Positions 39,685-49,893 are shown, counted from the first letter of the stretch. The stretch: DNA of 64,000 nucleotides from Patescibacteria group bacterium (GCA_038064875.1 JBBTSC010000001.1:379004-443003), one strand, 5' to 3'. Made by a program: numbers and translations. The notes: generated by a model not told the origin, from the sequence alone.

Positions 39685-40107
39685 TTATACCCCGGACAGG
39701 ATTCTGGTTCTCAGAACTTTTGTGCTGAACACTACCCCTGGCCAAGTTATAGGATGTACTGCCAACGTATGATTGCCTGATGATTCTGCCTTGTTATTAT
39801 AAATTGTAGAAGGATTGAGATGCATACTAATGCCTTCCAGCCTATCTGTCCTATCACCGATAAAAACCATCAATGGAATATTATATTTTTCTAAGTCGTG
39901 TTCAAGTTCTTCAAGTTTACCAAGAACTAATTTGTTTTCTAACTTTACAGATTTATTGGGGTGAAAATAAATAACAGCGAAAGGTAGCCTGCTATCAATT
40001 GCTATCTTCTGGGCAAAAGCTAAACTATTGTTGCCAGCTACAGGCTCAGCAATATTGATTTCATACAAAATGGATTGATCTGGGTTATGGGGTGACTTCA
40101 AATCCAT
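39685..40107 (-). CDS. Hypothetical protein (faint photolyase N-terminal alpha/beta domain likeness)
   Basis: 140 aa. NNSLAFAQKIAIDSRLPFAVIYF...LEELEHDLEKYNIPLMVFIGD recalls the photolyase N-terminal domain. This is weak. Confidence 0.35.
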   Translation of the reverse strand: MDLKSPHNPDQSILYEINIAEPVAGNNSLAFAQKIAIDSRLPFAVIYFHPNKSVKLENKLVLGKLEELEHDLEKYNIPLMVFIGDRTDRLEGISMHLNPSTIYNNKAESSGNHTLAVHPITWPGVVFSTKVLRTRILSGV

Positions 40108-40111
40108 TACG

Positions 40112-41392
40112 TTAATATTCTATGTATTTGTCTTTCTTCTCACCAAAGAAAATCTTGCATCCAGCAGGAGCATTCATCCTACTGAGTTCGTGCATGATAC
40201 CAATTTTGCGCATAATATTTTTGAGTCGTCCGATCGCCTCTTCGTTTTCAAAGTCGGTTCTTCGGGCAAAACCTTCAATCTTTTTACCTGTTATCAGGAA
40301 GTTTTTACCTGACTTTTCAATATTCCACGGTTTTTCTGACTCATCCAATGTTATCCTAAAAACACCATTATCTTCGGGTTCATCTTCCGGCACAGATTCT
40401 TTAGCGAGCGCGGTGATTTGCACCTGAACTTCATCTAAAAGCTCTTTCAAATTAAGTTTGCTCAGAGCAGATATTTGAATCACCTTTGCTTGTTTTCCAA
40501 CTAGTTTTTTCATAACTTTTAGCTTTTTAGCAACTTCTTCTTTCGAAAGACTATCGATTTTATTAAGAGCAACAATAAAAGGCTTTTTGCTAAGATCTAC
40601 TCTGTATGCCGATAACTCATCGCGGACAGTATTATAATCTGTCTCGATGTCTTCTGAGTTCGCATCAACCAAGTGAATTAGAACTTTTGTCCGCTCAACA
40701 TGGCGTAGAAATTCATCCCCCAGACCCTTGCCCAAACTTGCACCTCGGATTAACCCAGGAATATCAGCAAATAAAACTGAAGATTCATAGATATCCACCA
40801 CACCTAGATTTGGTATTAGTGTAGTGAAGGGATAATTGGCTATCTCTGGTCTTGCGTTACTGACAGATGCAATTAATGTAGATTTGCCAGCATTCGGTAA
40901 CCCTACCAGCCCAACATCTGCGATCATCTTAAGCTCTAGCGTGACTAGCATCTGATCTCCAGGGTCACCTTTTTCGGCAAATCTCGGAGCCTGACGAACA
41001 CTACTCTTAAAATGCGCATTACCAAACCCCCCGCGACCACCGCGGGCTACGAGTATTTTCTGTCCTTCGTGAGTTAAGTCAGCTAAGACCTTGTCTTTTT
41101 CATCTGTGACTATCGTACCCACTGGAAGAGCCACTTCTAGATCACTACCTGATCTACCAGCTTTTCGTCTCTTTGAACCAGCCTTACCACTATTTGCCAC
41201 TATTTCTTTTTGGAATCTAAATTTTGCAAGCGTGTTTTGACTGTTTGAGGCAACGACTATTATGTCCCCGCCCTTACCACCATCGCCACCATCCGGACCT
41301 CCACGGTCAATAAATTTTTCATGACGAAAACTCATGGCACCATTACCGCCATCGCCGGCTTTCAACTCAACACTTACCTTATCTACAAACAT
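40112..41392 (-). CDS. obg: GTPase Obg/CgtA
   Basis: N-terminal Gly-rich Obg fold (GGNGAMSFRHEKF..GGPDGGDGGKGG). G motifs are GLPNAGKST, DIPGLI and NKID. Confidence 0.93.
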   Translation of the reverse strand: MFVDKVSVELKAGDGGNGAMSFRHEKFIDRGGPDGGDGGKGGDIIVVASNSQNTLAKFRFQKEIVANSGKAGSKRRKAGRSGSDLEVALPVGTIVTDEKDKVLADLTHEGQKILVARGGRGGFGNAHFKSSVRQAPRFAEKGDPGDQMLVTLELKMIADVGLVGLPNAGKSTLIASVSNARPEIANYPFTTLIPNLGVVDIYESSVLFADIPGLIRGASLGKGLGDEFLRHVERTKVLIHLVDANSEDIETDYNTVRDELSAYRVDLSKKPFIVALNKIDSLSKEEVAKKLKVMKKLVGKQAKVIQISALSKLNLKELLDEVQVQITALAKESVPEDEPEDNGVFRITLDESEKPWNIEKSGKNFLITGKKIEGFARRTDFENEEAIGRLKNIMRKIGIMHELSRMNAPAGCKIFFGEKKDKYIEY

Positions 41393-41427
41393 TTACAGCT
41401 ATTATAACACCTTAGGTAGACAACAGA

Positions 41428-42582
41428 TTAGTATATGTAACCGTATTTGCCAACTTCACTTGCTGGAATCGTTCCGTGACTGACCCTGTTCCAACCTGCT
41501 CGGTTCATTTCAGAGATATTTGCGCTTCCATCTGGGTTAACACTTTCTACAAAACCTACGTGGCCGTATCCACCCTGTGGGAACCAGATAACCGCGTTCT
41601 GACGAGGCACATTACCAACACCAAATCCAGCTCTAGCTGCCAAAGTTTTCCAAGACACTGCATTACCTAAATTGCTCGGTATAGGCATGCCAACCTGTGC
41701 ACGACGAAGAGCCGCCCAGTATGTACAGTATCCGTACGCATATCCGTTACCACCGCCACCATAGACAGGACCATCACCAAAAGAGAACCCTCCGGTTGTA
41801 GCCAAGCCAGCGTTACGTGAAGTTGCTGTTTGTACCACTACTGTACCGTCTGGGATAACGATAACTTCACCTACTTTGAAGGCATTTGTAAGCTCTGCAT
41901 CGTTAAAAGCTATCAGTTGTTCTTTATTGGCTCTATAAGTAGATGCGATGGCATCTGGAGTGTCACCTGACTTAACAGTATAGACAATTCCATTTATCGG
42001 ACTGATTACTAGATCTTTGCCTGCTGGTATTATTTCTGAATTCAATCCATTAGAAAGGCGAATGGTGTCAGATGAGACACCAAATTTTGTTGCAACCGTA
42101 GAAACTGTTTCTCCGGCAGAAGTCACATAGCGCTTAATGTCTTTCCTGGATTTGCTTGTACCAGATATGACCTGCGGTTTGCTGATGACGACGTTATCAT
42201 TACTGCTCACTGCCACCTGTGCATTAAGTGAGTCAGCAGCATTGGCAACGGCAACACCTTCATCCATATGAGAAATACGAGCGATATTGACAGCTATGTC
42301 GGCTGAAGACACTGTATCAAGGGGATTAATCTCTTGAGCCTGGCCAAGAGCAGGAACCGACGCATTGATCGATGTTTGGTTATTACTTGAAAATAGATAG
42401 AGGCTTACTCCTAGAGCCAAAACAAAGCCAACATTAGAAACAATCAGCAACTTACGCACTTGCTTCTTCCTGAGTTTTCTAAAACGGAACAAGTTCCGAG
42501 ATTTTCTTTGTGAAGTCGCTTTACCGTGTCCAGCTATAGCAACTTGGTCAAATATACGAATACTTCTCTCCTTAGTGATCAC
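41428..42582 (-). CDS. LysM-repeat / CHAP-domain peptidoglycan hydrolase
   Basis: N-terminal TM anchor and two LysM-like repeats (YVTSAGETVSTVATKFGVS; YTVKSGDTPDAIASTY). The C-terminal CHAP domain has C in GYCTYWAA and H in GHVGFVESV. Confidence 0.8.
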   Translation of the reverse strand: MITKERSIRIFDQVAIAGHGKATSQRKSRNLFRFRKLRKKQVRKLLIVSNVGFVLALGVSLYLFSSNNQTSINASVPALGQAQEINPLDTVSSADIAVNIARISHMDEGVAVANAADSLNAQVAVSSNDNVVISKPQVISGTSKSRKDIKRYVTSAGETVSTVATKFGVSSDTIRLSNGLNSEIIPAGKDLVISPINGIVYTVKSGDTPDAIASTYRANKEQLIAFNDAELTNAFKVGEVIVIPDGTVVVQTATSRNAGLATTGGFSFGDGPVYGGGGNGYAYGYCTYWAALRRAQVGMPIPSNLGNAVSWKTLAARAGFGVGNVPRQNAVIWFPQGGYGHVGFVESVNPDGSANISEMNRAGWNRVSHGTIPASEVGKYGYIY

Positions 42583-42693
42583 TTTAGGATCCTAGTTGAT
42601 AATTATTTGTTTGATTTTCTATTCGTTGACTTAGTTCTTCTAAAGGGTCCCATAACTCCTGAAATACCCTTAAAATACAACTAAGTAGCTTAT

Positions 42694-42723
42694 ATTTTAC
42701 CAAATTTTAAAGCATTAGTGCAA
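42694..42723 (-). promoter_or_regulatory. Candidate promoter (TTGCAC-N18-TAAAAT) for the LysM/CHAP gene
   Basis: The minus strand reads TTGCAC taatgctttaaaatttgg TAAAAT. A nested hairpin leader follows at 42629-42686. Confidence 0.4.
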
Positions 42724-42762
42724 GTACCCCTAAAATACCCCTATTGTCCCTCTTTAAAATTC

Positions 42763-43791
42763 TTACTGACAGAGCTGTTTACAATGTTGTTCTGTCAAGG
42801 CTTCGTGCTCTTCGTTGGTCTTTGAGAAATATGTTTTTCCGTCGTCACCAGCTACAAAATAGACCCAATCAGTGCTTGCAGGATAGGCAACTGCCTCTAA
42901 GGAACTCTCTCCTACGTTACTAATAGGCCCTACTGGCAGGCCACCGTGAATACGTGTGTTATATGGGCTGTCGTAGACAACTGTCGGTGTTTGTCCGGCT
43001 ACTACAGCTCCGTAAAATGCTGTAACATCAGATCCCAAGTTCATGCCGTCTTTTAGCCTTTTTAGGAACACTTGGGCAACTTGTGGCTTGTCGTTTTTGT
43101 TACTGACTTCTCTCTCTACCATAGAGGCAACTATAATCGCCTGGTGAGTGGTCAACCCTCTCTTGGCAAACTCCTGACGTCGTTCTTTGGTCAATTGACG
43201 CGCTAGTTCATCAAGAGCTGACTTAACAATAGTCTTTGGCTTTGTCTCAGCCGTCTTCTGATAGCTTTCTGGATACAAATAGCCCTCCAAATTAGAGCCT
43301 TCTGGAAGATCTGCTAGTGCTTCGTGTCCTTTATAATTAGCTGGCTTCAGGGCTTCATCAACTTCCGATTCGGCAAAACCAGCTTTTATCATAGCTGACC
43401 TTATCTCATCAATCCTCTTGCCAGGAAGTATTGTGAATAAATCAGTAGCTACCTTGCCCTCAGCAATAGCTCTAGCGATAGTTGGAACATCTTGGTTGGT
43501 GTATACGATATAGGTTCCGGCTTTGAGCTCATCTATCAGATTATTATTACGAACGTACCATTCAAATGCCCAGTCACTCTTTATTGCACCCTTGTCATGT
43601 AGATTCTGCCCAATCTCAGCCACGGTACTTCCAGGTGTTACAGTTACAGACACGGCCTTTTTCTCTGTGCTGACAGCCTGGAGGTTACTCTGGTAAACCT
43701 GACGAATAACCACAGCACTACTTATAAATAAAATCACAAAAATACTAATAACTATTGTTAGCAAACTAAAATTGGCTTTTACTTTCTTCAA
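42763..43791 (-). CDS. mltG: Endolytic murein transglycosylase MltG (YceG-like)
   Basis: N-terminal TM helix. YceG motifs are LEGYLYPESY, ASMVEREV and YNTRIHGGLPVGPISN. Confidence 0.88.
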   Translation of the reverse strand: MKKVKANFSLLTIVISIFVILFISSAVVIRQVYQSNLQAVSTEKKAVSVTVTPGSTVAEIGQNLHDKGAIKSDWAFEWYVRNNNLIDELKAGTYIVYTNQDVPTIARAIAEGKVATDLFTILPGKRIDEIRSAMIKAGFAESEVDEALKPANYKGHEALADLPEGSNLEGYLYPESYQKTAETKPKTIVKSALDELARQLTKERRQEFAKRGLTTHQAIIVASMVEREVSNKNDKPQVAQVFLKRLKDGMNLGSDVTAFYGAVVAGQTPTVVYDSPYNTRIHGGLPVGPISNVGESSLEAVAYPASTDWVYFVAGDDGKTYFSKTNEEHEALTEQHCKQLCQ

Positions 43792-44186
43792 TTCAAACCT
43801 CCCTTAAGGTGTTCTTCTAATATATAACAAGCTGACAGATCATCATAGTACTTCCTATCCTTGTACTTCTTATTTTTGGCAATAAGCTCTCTGGCATCCC
43901 GACTACTCAGTGACTCATCTGCAAATGTTATTTCGAGTGTGGTCTGCTGTTTTAATGTCTCTGCAAAAGCACGGATTTTTCTAGTCTGTTCGCTATCAGT
44001 TCCATCTATTCTGGTTGGCAGTCCGACGATAATCTCTTTGATATTGTGCTCTTGGATTATTTTGTCAAAATCGGCTACTAACTCTTCTGGACTGACGATA
44101 CCTAGTGGTGAAGGTATTTGAGCCACTTCGTTAGCTAGCGCCATGCCAATTCTTTTCTCACCAACATCCAGACCTAATAAATTCAC
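43788..44186 (-). CDS. ruvX: Holliday junction resolvase-like nuclease RuvX (YqgF)
   Basis: LGLDVGEKRIGMALA N-terminus and GLPTRIDGTDSEQ motif. Confidence 0.88.
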   Translation of the reverse strand: MNLLGLDVGEKRIGMALANEVAQIPSPLGIVSPEELVADFDKIIQEHNIKEIIVGLPTRIDGTDSEQTRKIRAFAETLKQQTTLEITFADESLSSRDARELIAKNKKYKDRKYYDDLSACYILEEHLKGGLN

Positions 44187-45790
44187 TTTTTCTCGACGGT
44201 GACTTTTATCTTGTTCTCTTTCGTTGGAACCTTAGTCTTCCAGAAAGGCGAAATCTTTACTTGTGCTTCGACTATGCCCTTTTTATTCTTCAGGATATCT
44301 TCTGCTTCACCACTTTTTCGGCCGATTATCATAGACTTGATCTCATTTTCATCCATCTTTGGACCAATACTTATTGTTGTTTGAACTGCGATGTTTTTGT
44401 TGTCTTTATCGGGTGTAAATCGTGCTTGATCAAATCCATAATTTGATATGTCAAATCCGAGATCTTTGAGTTCTTGTTCATATTCTTTATCCAGAATTTT
44501 CTTTAGATCAGACTCCTTGACACCAAGCATTGATGAAGTCACGGTCATGCTTACAGTCACTTCGTTTGCTTCTGTGCCCACGGCAGGAGAAATCTTTACT
44601 TCTGATTCTTTTGAGGCAAATGACTCTTCTACGGGCAAATATTCTACCTTTGTTAGCGTCTTCTTTAGATCATCTCTATCATTCTTTCTTTTCTCTAGTA
44701 TCTTAGCCTTGGCACTATCAATATCAGCCTGTGCTACTACTTTAACCACCTGGCTTGAACCACCTGTCATTGAATCACCTTGACCAGTCACGCTAGAGAA
44801 ACCTGCGACTGTGTAGCTTCTTGCGCCACTGTTGTATTGCTCTCCGTTACTCTGAGCTACCACGCTAACAGTACCAACATGAGAACCACTACTCTTACAG
44901 TTACCACCACCATCAAAATTACCGTCACTCAGGCTGACTGACGATTGGGTTATATAAGTTGAAGAGCCATTACTAACGCCTGTGCCAGCAGGGATACTTG
45001 CTGAGCTACCACCACAATTTTTCAAAGTTACGTTACCACTGGCTTTTGCGCCCTTATCTTTGGTGCCTGTGGCGGCAACTTTTTCTGAGCCTGCTTCGCG
45101 TAGTTCTTCGTTTTTGGCTGGAACAGTCTTGGCATCGACATCAACTTCATCAAGTTTTGTATCTGGCTTTACTGTTATATTAGCTACTTTCTCGGTAGTA
45201 TCTGTCTTTAGCTTTACATTGGCGCTTCCAGCAAAGAATATTGCCCAAACGAGAAAAGCTATGAGCACCACAAGCGCTATACCGCCTGCAATCAACAATG
45301 TTCTAAATTTATTAAAATCTGGTATCTTGATCTTGGACTTTTTGCCCTTTGATGATTTTGAGCCTTTGGATGCCAGTGCCGCCCCGGCAACACCAGTAGC
45401 AACCTTTGAAGCAGTGGATGCAGATGAGCTCTCAGCAGGTGCTTGTTGGTCAATTTCTAGTTCTTCATCGTTATCCTCAGCTGAAAGAGCTGGTGCTGGA
45501 GCTGATTTGGCAGGCAAATAAGGCTTTGAGGTCAAGTTGTCGGCCACATGCATGCCTACTTCACCGGCATGTGAAATCACGGTTGGATCGGAGGTGATAA
45601 GCACAATATTTTTATCATTTTGCTTGGCAGAACGTGCCAATAACCGAACATTGACGATAGACTGCATCACAGGAGCACGCTTAGGCAGTACCAGCGCCAC
45701 AATACTCTGTTTTGAAGCTTGGATTTTGCCAACTAACTCAGTGATATCTTCGTCGATGTCTAGGTATACTGTGTTCTTTTTTTCTGTCAC
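44183..45790 (-). CDS. Hypothetical bitopic membrane protein
   Basis: 535 aa: a cytoplasmic N-domain, a low-complexity linker, a TM helix (LLIAGGIALVVLIAFLVWAIFFAG) and a large external domain. It is translationally coupled to ruvX. Confidence 0.5.
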   Translation of the reverse strand: MTEKKNTVYLDIDEDITELVGKIQASKQSIVALVLPKRAPVMQSIVNVRLLARSAKQNDKNIVLITSDPTVISHAGEVGMHVADNLTSKPYLPAKSAPAPALSAEDNDEELEIDQQAPAESSSASTASKVATGVAGAALASKGSKSSKGKKSKIKIPDFNKFRTLLIAGGIALVVLIAFLVWAIFFAGSANVKLKTDTTEKVANITVKPDTKLDEVDVDAKTVPAKNEELREAGSEKVAATGTKDKGAKASGNVTLKNCGGSSASIPAGTGVSNGSSTYITQSSVSLSDGNFDGGGNCKSSGSHVGTVSVVAQSNGEQYNSGARSYTVAGFSSVTGQGDSMTGGSSQVVKVVAQADIDSAKAKILEKRKNDRDDLKKTLTKVEYLPVEESFASKESEVKISPAVGTEANEVTVSMTVTSSMLGVKESDLKKILDKEYEQELKDLGFDISNYGFDQARFTPDKDNKNIAVQTTISIGPKMDENEIKSMIIGRKSGEAEDILKNKKGIVEAQVKISPFWKTKVPTKENKIKVTVEKK

Positions 45791-45806
45791 TATCTTCCTT
45801 CTTCCC

Positions 45807-47102
45807 TCAGGTCCTTAATACTCTATCAATTTTTGATTTAATCGGGTTACCTGCACTGTCACCTACTTCTTGTTCTAGTGTGTCTACACCGACGCGGAGC
45901 AAGCCCATAGCAGTTATGTAAGTATGATCTGTTATTTGCCCGGTTGCATCCACCATACCATCAACTTGGCTTGGCGTGATATATGCAACACTTGGTCTTT
46001 TTGTAAATGGCAGACTACCATACCAATTAGTCTGCTCAATAGATAATAGCAATTTTTCGAGTGATGCACCACCACCACAGAGAAGGATTTTGTGTGGCAA
46101 ATGCTCGACTTCCGTAAATTCACTGAGCGCAAGTTCTACACCTGATAGCCAGACATCACAAGTCCTATCAAGAGCCTCGCTGGCTTTTTTCTCATCATCA
46201 CTGTTTGTCTCTGTAGAAAGAGTCAATTTGATCTCTTCCGCCTCCGCAAATTTGATCCCAAGCTCACGCTGAATAGACTTAGTAAAAGCACGTCCACCAA
46301 TGCCAAACATTTTAGTGCCTTGGACTCCACCTTCGTTGATCACAGCAATATCTGTTGTACCACCTCCCACATCCATAAGCACCGCGCTGATGGAGCTATT
46401 GATATCATCACCGATAACAGACCGAGAAACCGCAAAAGGCTCAGCTGCAACAGCCAAAAGATCAAGATCTAGCAATGTAGCCACACGTTCAAGCGCTGCG
46501 ATGTGGATCATCGGCGCAAATGCAGTGTAGAGCTGTACGACGACTTCTCTTCCGGTAAATCCTATCGGGTTGTTGACCTGGTAGCCATCGATATAAATAC
46601 TGACAAGTGCACTGTTGACCATCCGTGTGTCGATTTCTTTACCGCCAAGTTCTACCTTTAGCTGTGCTTTTACTTTTTCTTCTGCTCGTTCTTGAGCCAT
46701 CTCAACAATTCGCGCCATCTCTGTATCTTCTATCTCGAATTGGCTATTTTTGCGACGGATTTTGATGGTGTGTGTCATACCTTTGACTAGCTCTCCAGCA
46801 ATTCCAATCACAGCTGTACGGACGCTCACACCAGCTTGATTTTCTGCTTCAACAAGTGCTCTGTTACAGTTCTCGACAACACCACTGATATCTGCAATAG
46901 CGCCAGCCTGCATGTCTGAAAGTTCCTGATGATACCTTCCGGTACCAATAATCTCAATATCACCATTTTTAGCAACTTTGCCGATCAGAGCTTTTACATA
47001 CTCCGTACCAATATCAAGTGCTAAGATGTGATTTTCTTTGGTGAATAAGTTCTGGTTGTCAGAACCAAGTAGCTGATTTACCTTGTCGAAGATCTTAACC
47101 AT
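45807..47102 (-). CDS. ftsA: Actin-like ATPase, probable cell division protein FtsA
   Basis: ALDIGTEYVKALIG, DVGGGTTDIAV and LCGGGASL phosphate/adenosine motifs. A PilM-type assignment is not excluded. Confidence 0.7.
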   Translation of the reverse strand: MVKIFDKVNQLLGSDNQNLFTKENHILALDIGTEYVKALIGKVAKNGDIEIIGTGRYHQELSDMQAGAIADISGVVENCNRALVEAENQAGVSVRTAVIGIAGELVKGMTHTIKIRRKNSQFEIEDTEMARIVEMAQERAEEKVKAQLKVELGGKEIDTRMVNSALVSIYIDGYQVNNPIGFTGREVVVQLYTAFAPMIHIAALERVATLLDLDLLAVAAEPFAVSRSVIGDDINSSISAVLMDVGGGTTDIAVINEGGVQGTKMFGIGGRAFTKSIQRELGIKFAEAEEIKLTLSTETNSDDEKKASEALDRTCDVWLSGVELALSEFTEVEHLPHKILLCGGGASLEKLLLSIEQTNWYGSLPFTKRPSVAYITPSQVDGMVDATGQITDHTYITAMGLLRVGVDTLEQEVGDSAGNPIKSKIDRVLRT

Positions 47103-47133
47103 AAGTTCTATTATAACAGATTGAGAGTCGTGT

Positions 47134-49038
47134 CTATACTAAAGATGCTTTTATCCGACGAACACCGGCGGAGGAGGCTTCTTCTTTGGTTATTTTAAAT
47201 GCTTTTCCACCATCTGCGAGTTGCCCAGTGTGGTCGACGTGAGGGCCTCCACATATTTCGACAGAAAAGGGCTTTTTGCCTTCCGCACCCATGGTATAGA
47301 CTTTTACGGTATCACCGTATTTGTCACCAAAAGCACCTTTTGCTCCCATTTTAAAAGCCTCCTCCGTCTTATATTCTGCCCATGAAACCCTTAAGTCTTG
47401 CTTAATTTGTTCATTAACTATCTTCTCAACTTCATCGAGTTTATCCCTAGTTACTTTCTCAGGGTGTGAGAAGTCAAATCGTGTTCTGTCTGCAGTCACT
47501 TTAGAACCTCTTTGAACCACATGCTCACCTAGAACTTGGCGAAGCGCCTCATACATCAAATGCGTTGCGGTGTGATGCCGAATAGTATCTTCAGAATGAT
47601 CTTCTAGCCCTCCTTTGAACATACCCTTGCTCGCAGTCTGAGATCGCTCACGTTGTCCTTGCATTAACTGATCAAAATCCTCTTTGATCATAGGACTATG
47701 CTTGATACCTCTTTTTGACGCTTCTTCAAGACTCAAATCATATGGAAATCCATGTGTATCATGGAGCATAAACGCTACGGCTCCAGTAAGTATTGGTGTG
47801 CTACCAGCTGGTTCGTGTGCATAAACAAGTTTTTCAAATACACGGATGCCCTTGCGGAGGGTTTGGCGGAAGGCTTTTTCTTCGCGGACTAGGATATCAA
47901 TAATTTTCTGACGATCTTTAGCTACTTCTGGAAAATCCTCATGATAAAGATCAACAATTACTGGGACAATTTCCTCTAAAAAGTTCTGCTCAATTCCTAG
48001 ATCATGAGCTTTGACCATAGCTCGGCGGATCAGTCGACGCATCACATAACCCTGCTCTTTGTTACTCGGCACTACACCATCTACGGCTAGGAAAGTTGCT
48101 CCTCGCAAATGATCTGCGATAACTCGCATGCTGACTGTATGGTCATCATATTTTTTCTTAGATAACTTCTCTAGTTTCTCAACAATTGGCCATAGCAAAC
48201 TGATTTTGAACACATCAGGGTCATCAATAGCAGCAGCTGCAATTCGCTCCAGTCCCCCACCAAAATCAACATTTTTCTTGGCCAACGGCTCAAAGCCTTT
48301 TTCTGTACGGCGATATTCCATGAACACTTGGTTGCCGATTTCCATAAATTGTCCGCTATCACTAGCTGGGTGAGCTTTACCAAATCCTTCGGCATGATTA
48401 TCTGGGCCAAAGTCATAAAACACTTCACTGTCAGGGCCACACGGGTCACCCATCGGCGTTGTGGCTAGTCCGCCGTTACGGCTCCACCAGTTTTCTCCGT
48501 CATCGTAGAAAAATATCTTCTCACCTGGCTTAATACCACGCTTGTCTCCATCTTTGGCACTGCCTATTTCAACAATCTTGGCATCAATTCCTTTAGATTT
48601 GAAAAGTTCCTGCCAGATCTTGGCAGCTTCGTCGTCCCGTGGAATTCCGTGCTCATCACTACCGATAAAACACGACACGTATATTTTGTTAGGGTCTAGT
48701 CCAACCACGTCTACTAGAAATTCAAAAAACCAAGTGATCTGATCTTTTTTAAAATAATCACCTAGTGACCAGTTACCAAGCATCTCAAAAAATGTCGTAT
48801 GCCGGTTATCACCTACCTCTTCTACGTCTTGCCCACGAAAACATGTCTGACTATCTACTAGGCGTACACCTTTTGGATGCTCCTTGCCCAAGAGATATGG
48901 AATCAGTGGTTGCATTCCGGATCCTGTAAACAGAGTTGTTGGATCGTCTTTTAGATACAAACTATCACGTTCAATTACAACGTGCTTTTTTGACTCAAAA
49001 AACTTTAAATAAGCTCTACGGATTTCTTGCGTATTCAT
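47134..49038 (-). CDS. alaS: Alanine--tRNA ligase (short form, 634 aa, no C-Ala domain)
   Basis: Class II motifs including HTTFFEMLGNWSLGDYFK. Editing-domain motifs are HTATHLMYEALR and CGGPHV. The protein ends just after the editing domain. Confidence 0.9.
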   Translation of the reverse strand: MNTQEIRRAYLKFFESKKHVVIERDSLYLKDDPTTLFTGSGMQPLIPYLLGKEHPKGVRLVDSQTCFRGQDVEEVGDNRHTTFFEMLGNWSLGDYFKKDQITWFFEFLVDVVGLDPNKIYVSCFIGSDEHGIPRDDEAAKIWQELFKSKGIDAKIVEIGSAKDGDKRGIKPGEKIFFYDDGENWWSRNGGLATTPMGDPCGPDSEVFYDFGPDNHAEGFGKAHPASDSGQFMEIGNQVFMEYRRTEKGFEPLAKKNVDFGGGLERIAAAAIDDPDVFKISLLWPIVEKLEKLSKKKYDDHTVSMRVIADHLRGATFLAVDGVVPSNKEQGYVMRRLIRRAMVKAHDLGIEQNFLEEIVPVIVDLYHEDFPEVAKDRQKIIDILVREEKAFRQTLRKGIRVFEKLVYAHEPAGSTPILTGAVAFMLHDTHGFPYDLSLEEASKRGIKHSPMIKEDFDQLMQGQRERSQTASKGMFKGGLEDHSEDTIRHHTATHLMYEALRQVLGEHVVQRGSKVTADRTRFDFSHPEKVTRDKLDEVEKIVNEQIKQDLRVSWAEYKTEEAFKMGAKGAFGDKYGDTVKVYTMGAEGKKPFSVEICGGPHVDHTGQLADGGKAFKITKEEASSAGVRRIKASLV

Positions 49039-49041
49039 TTG

Positions 49042-49491
49042 CTATATTTTATCACGAGACGTCTCTTTAAGCGCCTTCTTAACTTCTTCTATGAAATCTG
49101 CTTTTAATAACTGGTCCCAGACAACGAACCTAGGCGTAGGTAGTGTTTCAAAATCGCACCAAATAAGATCTGTTAATTTATCTGGCTCAGTCTCTGTTGG
49201 TTCAGTGCTCGCCCATTCTGCCAAAACATATAGATTCACATAATGACGATTGTCTTTTTTGAACGCTTCGTTGTCGTTGGTCATACCTATATATCTAGGG
49301 TTTCTGATCTCCACACCTGTCTCTTCCATTACTTCACGGATGGCTGTTTGTTCTATAGACTCACCCATTTCCATATGGCCACCTATCAACGACCATGTAC
49401 CGGCACCGTGTGCGCCTTTTCGTTTGCCAATTAAAAACTTACCGTCTCTGACAACAAAGACCCCGACACCAACTCGAACGATATTCTCCAT
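49042..49491 (-). CDS. NUDIX hydrolase
   Basis: Nudix box GGHMEMGESIEQTAIREVMEETG. Confidence 0.88.
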   Translation of the reverse strand: MENIVRVGVGVFVVRDGKFLIGKRKGAHGAGTWSLIGGHMEMGESIEQTAIREVMEETGVEIRNPRYIGMTNDNEAFKKDNRHYVNLYVLAEWASTEPTETEPDKLTDLIWCDFETLPTPRFVVWDQLLKADFIEEVKKALKETSRDKI

Positions 49492-49581
49492 ATATACAGT
49501 TTAACAGAAGATCAATATTGACTTTATACAAATTTAGTTTTATAATTATGTAAATTTTGATCAGATTAGGAGAGATATTTT

Positions 49582-49893
49582 ATGGCAACAGATGGAATAG
49601 AAGCCAAAGGAACAGTTGCTGAATTAGAATCGGATATACAGAGGACGGCTTATGAAAATGTAGCTGTAGAATGTGTAGAAAAAGCACAAATGCTTCTTAG
49701 TGCAGTGGGATTTGTTTTGGCTGCGGCTGATCGAGGTCTAATACCGGACGCATCGCATATGCAACACCTAGATGGTTCGCCAGATGAGGAGTGGCCTGAT
49801 GCAAGCGAAATAGTTGCATTTCTGCATTCTCAAGCAAGAAGCGAAAGAGATACAGCTAAAGACGTAGAAATAACAAAAAGCTTTATAACCTAA
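49582..49893 (+). CDS. Hypothetical acidic protein
   Basis: 103-aa ORF preceded by AGGAGAG. No motif recognised. Confidence 0.4.
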   Translation: MATDGIEAKGTVAELESDIQRTAYENVAVECVEKAQMLLSAVGFVLAAADRGLIPDASHMQHLDGSPDEEWPDASEIVAFLHSQARSERDTAKDVEITKSFIT

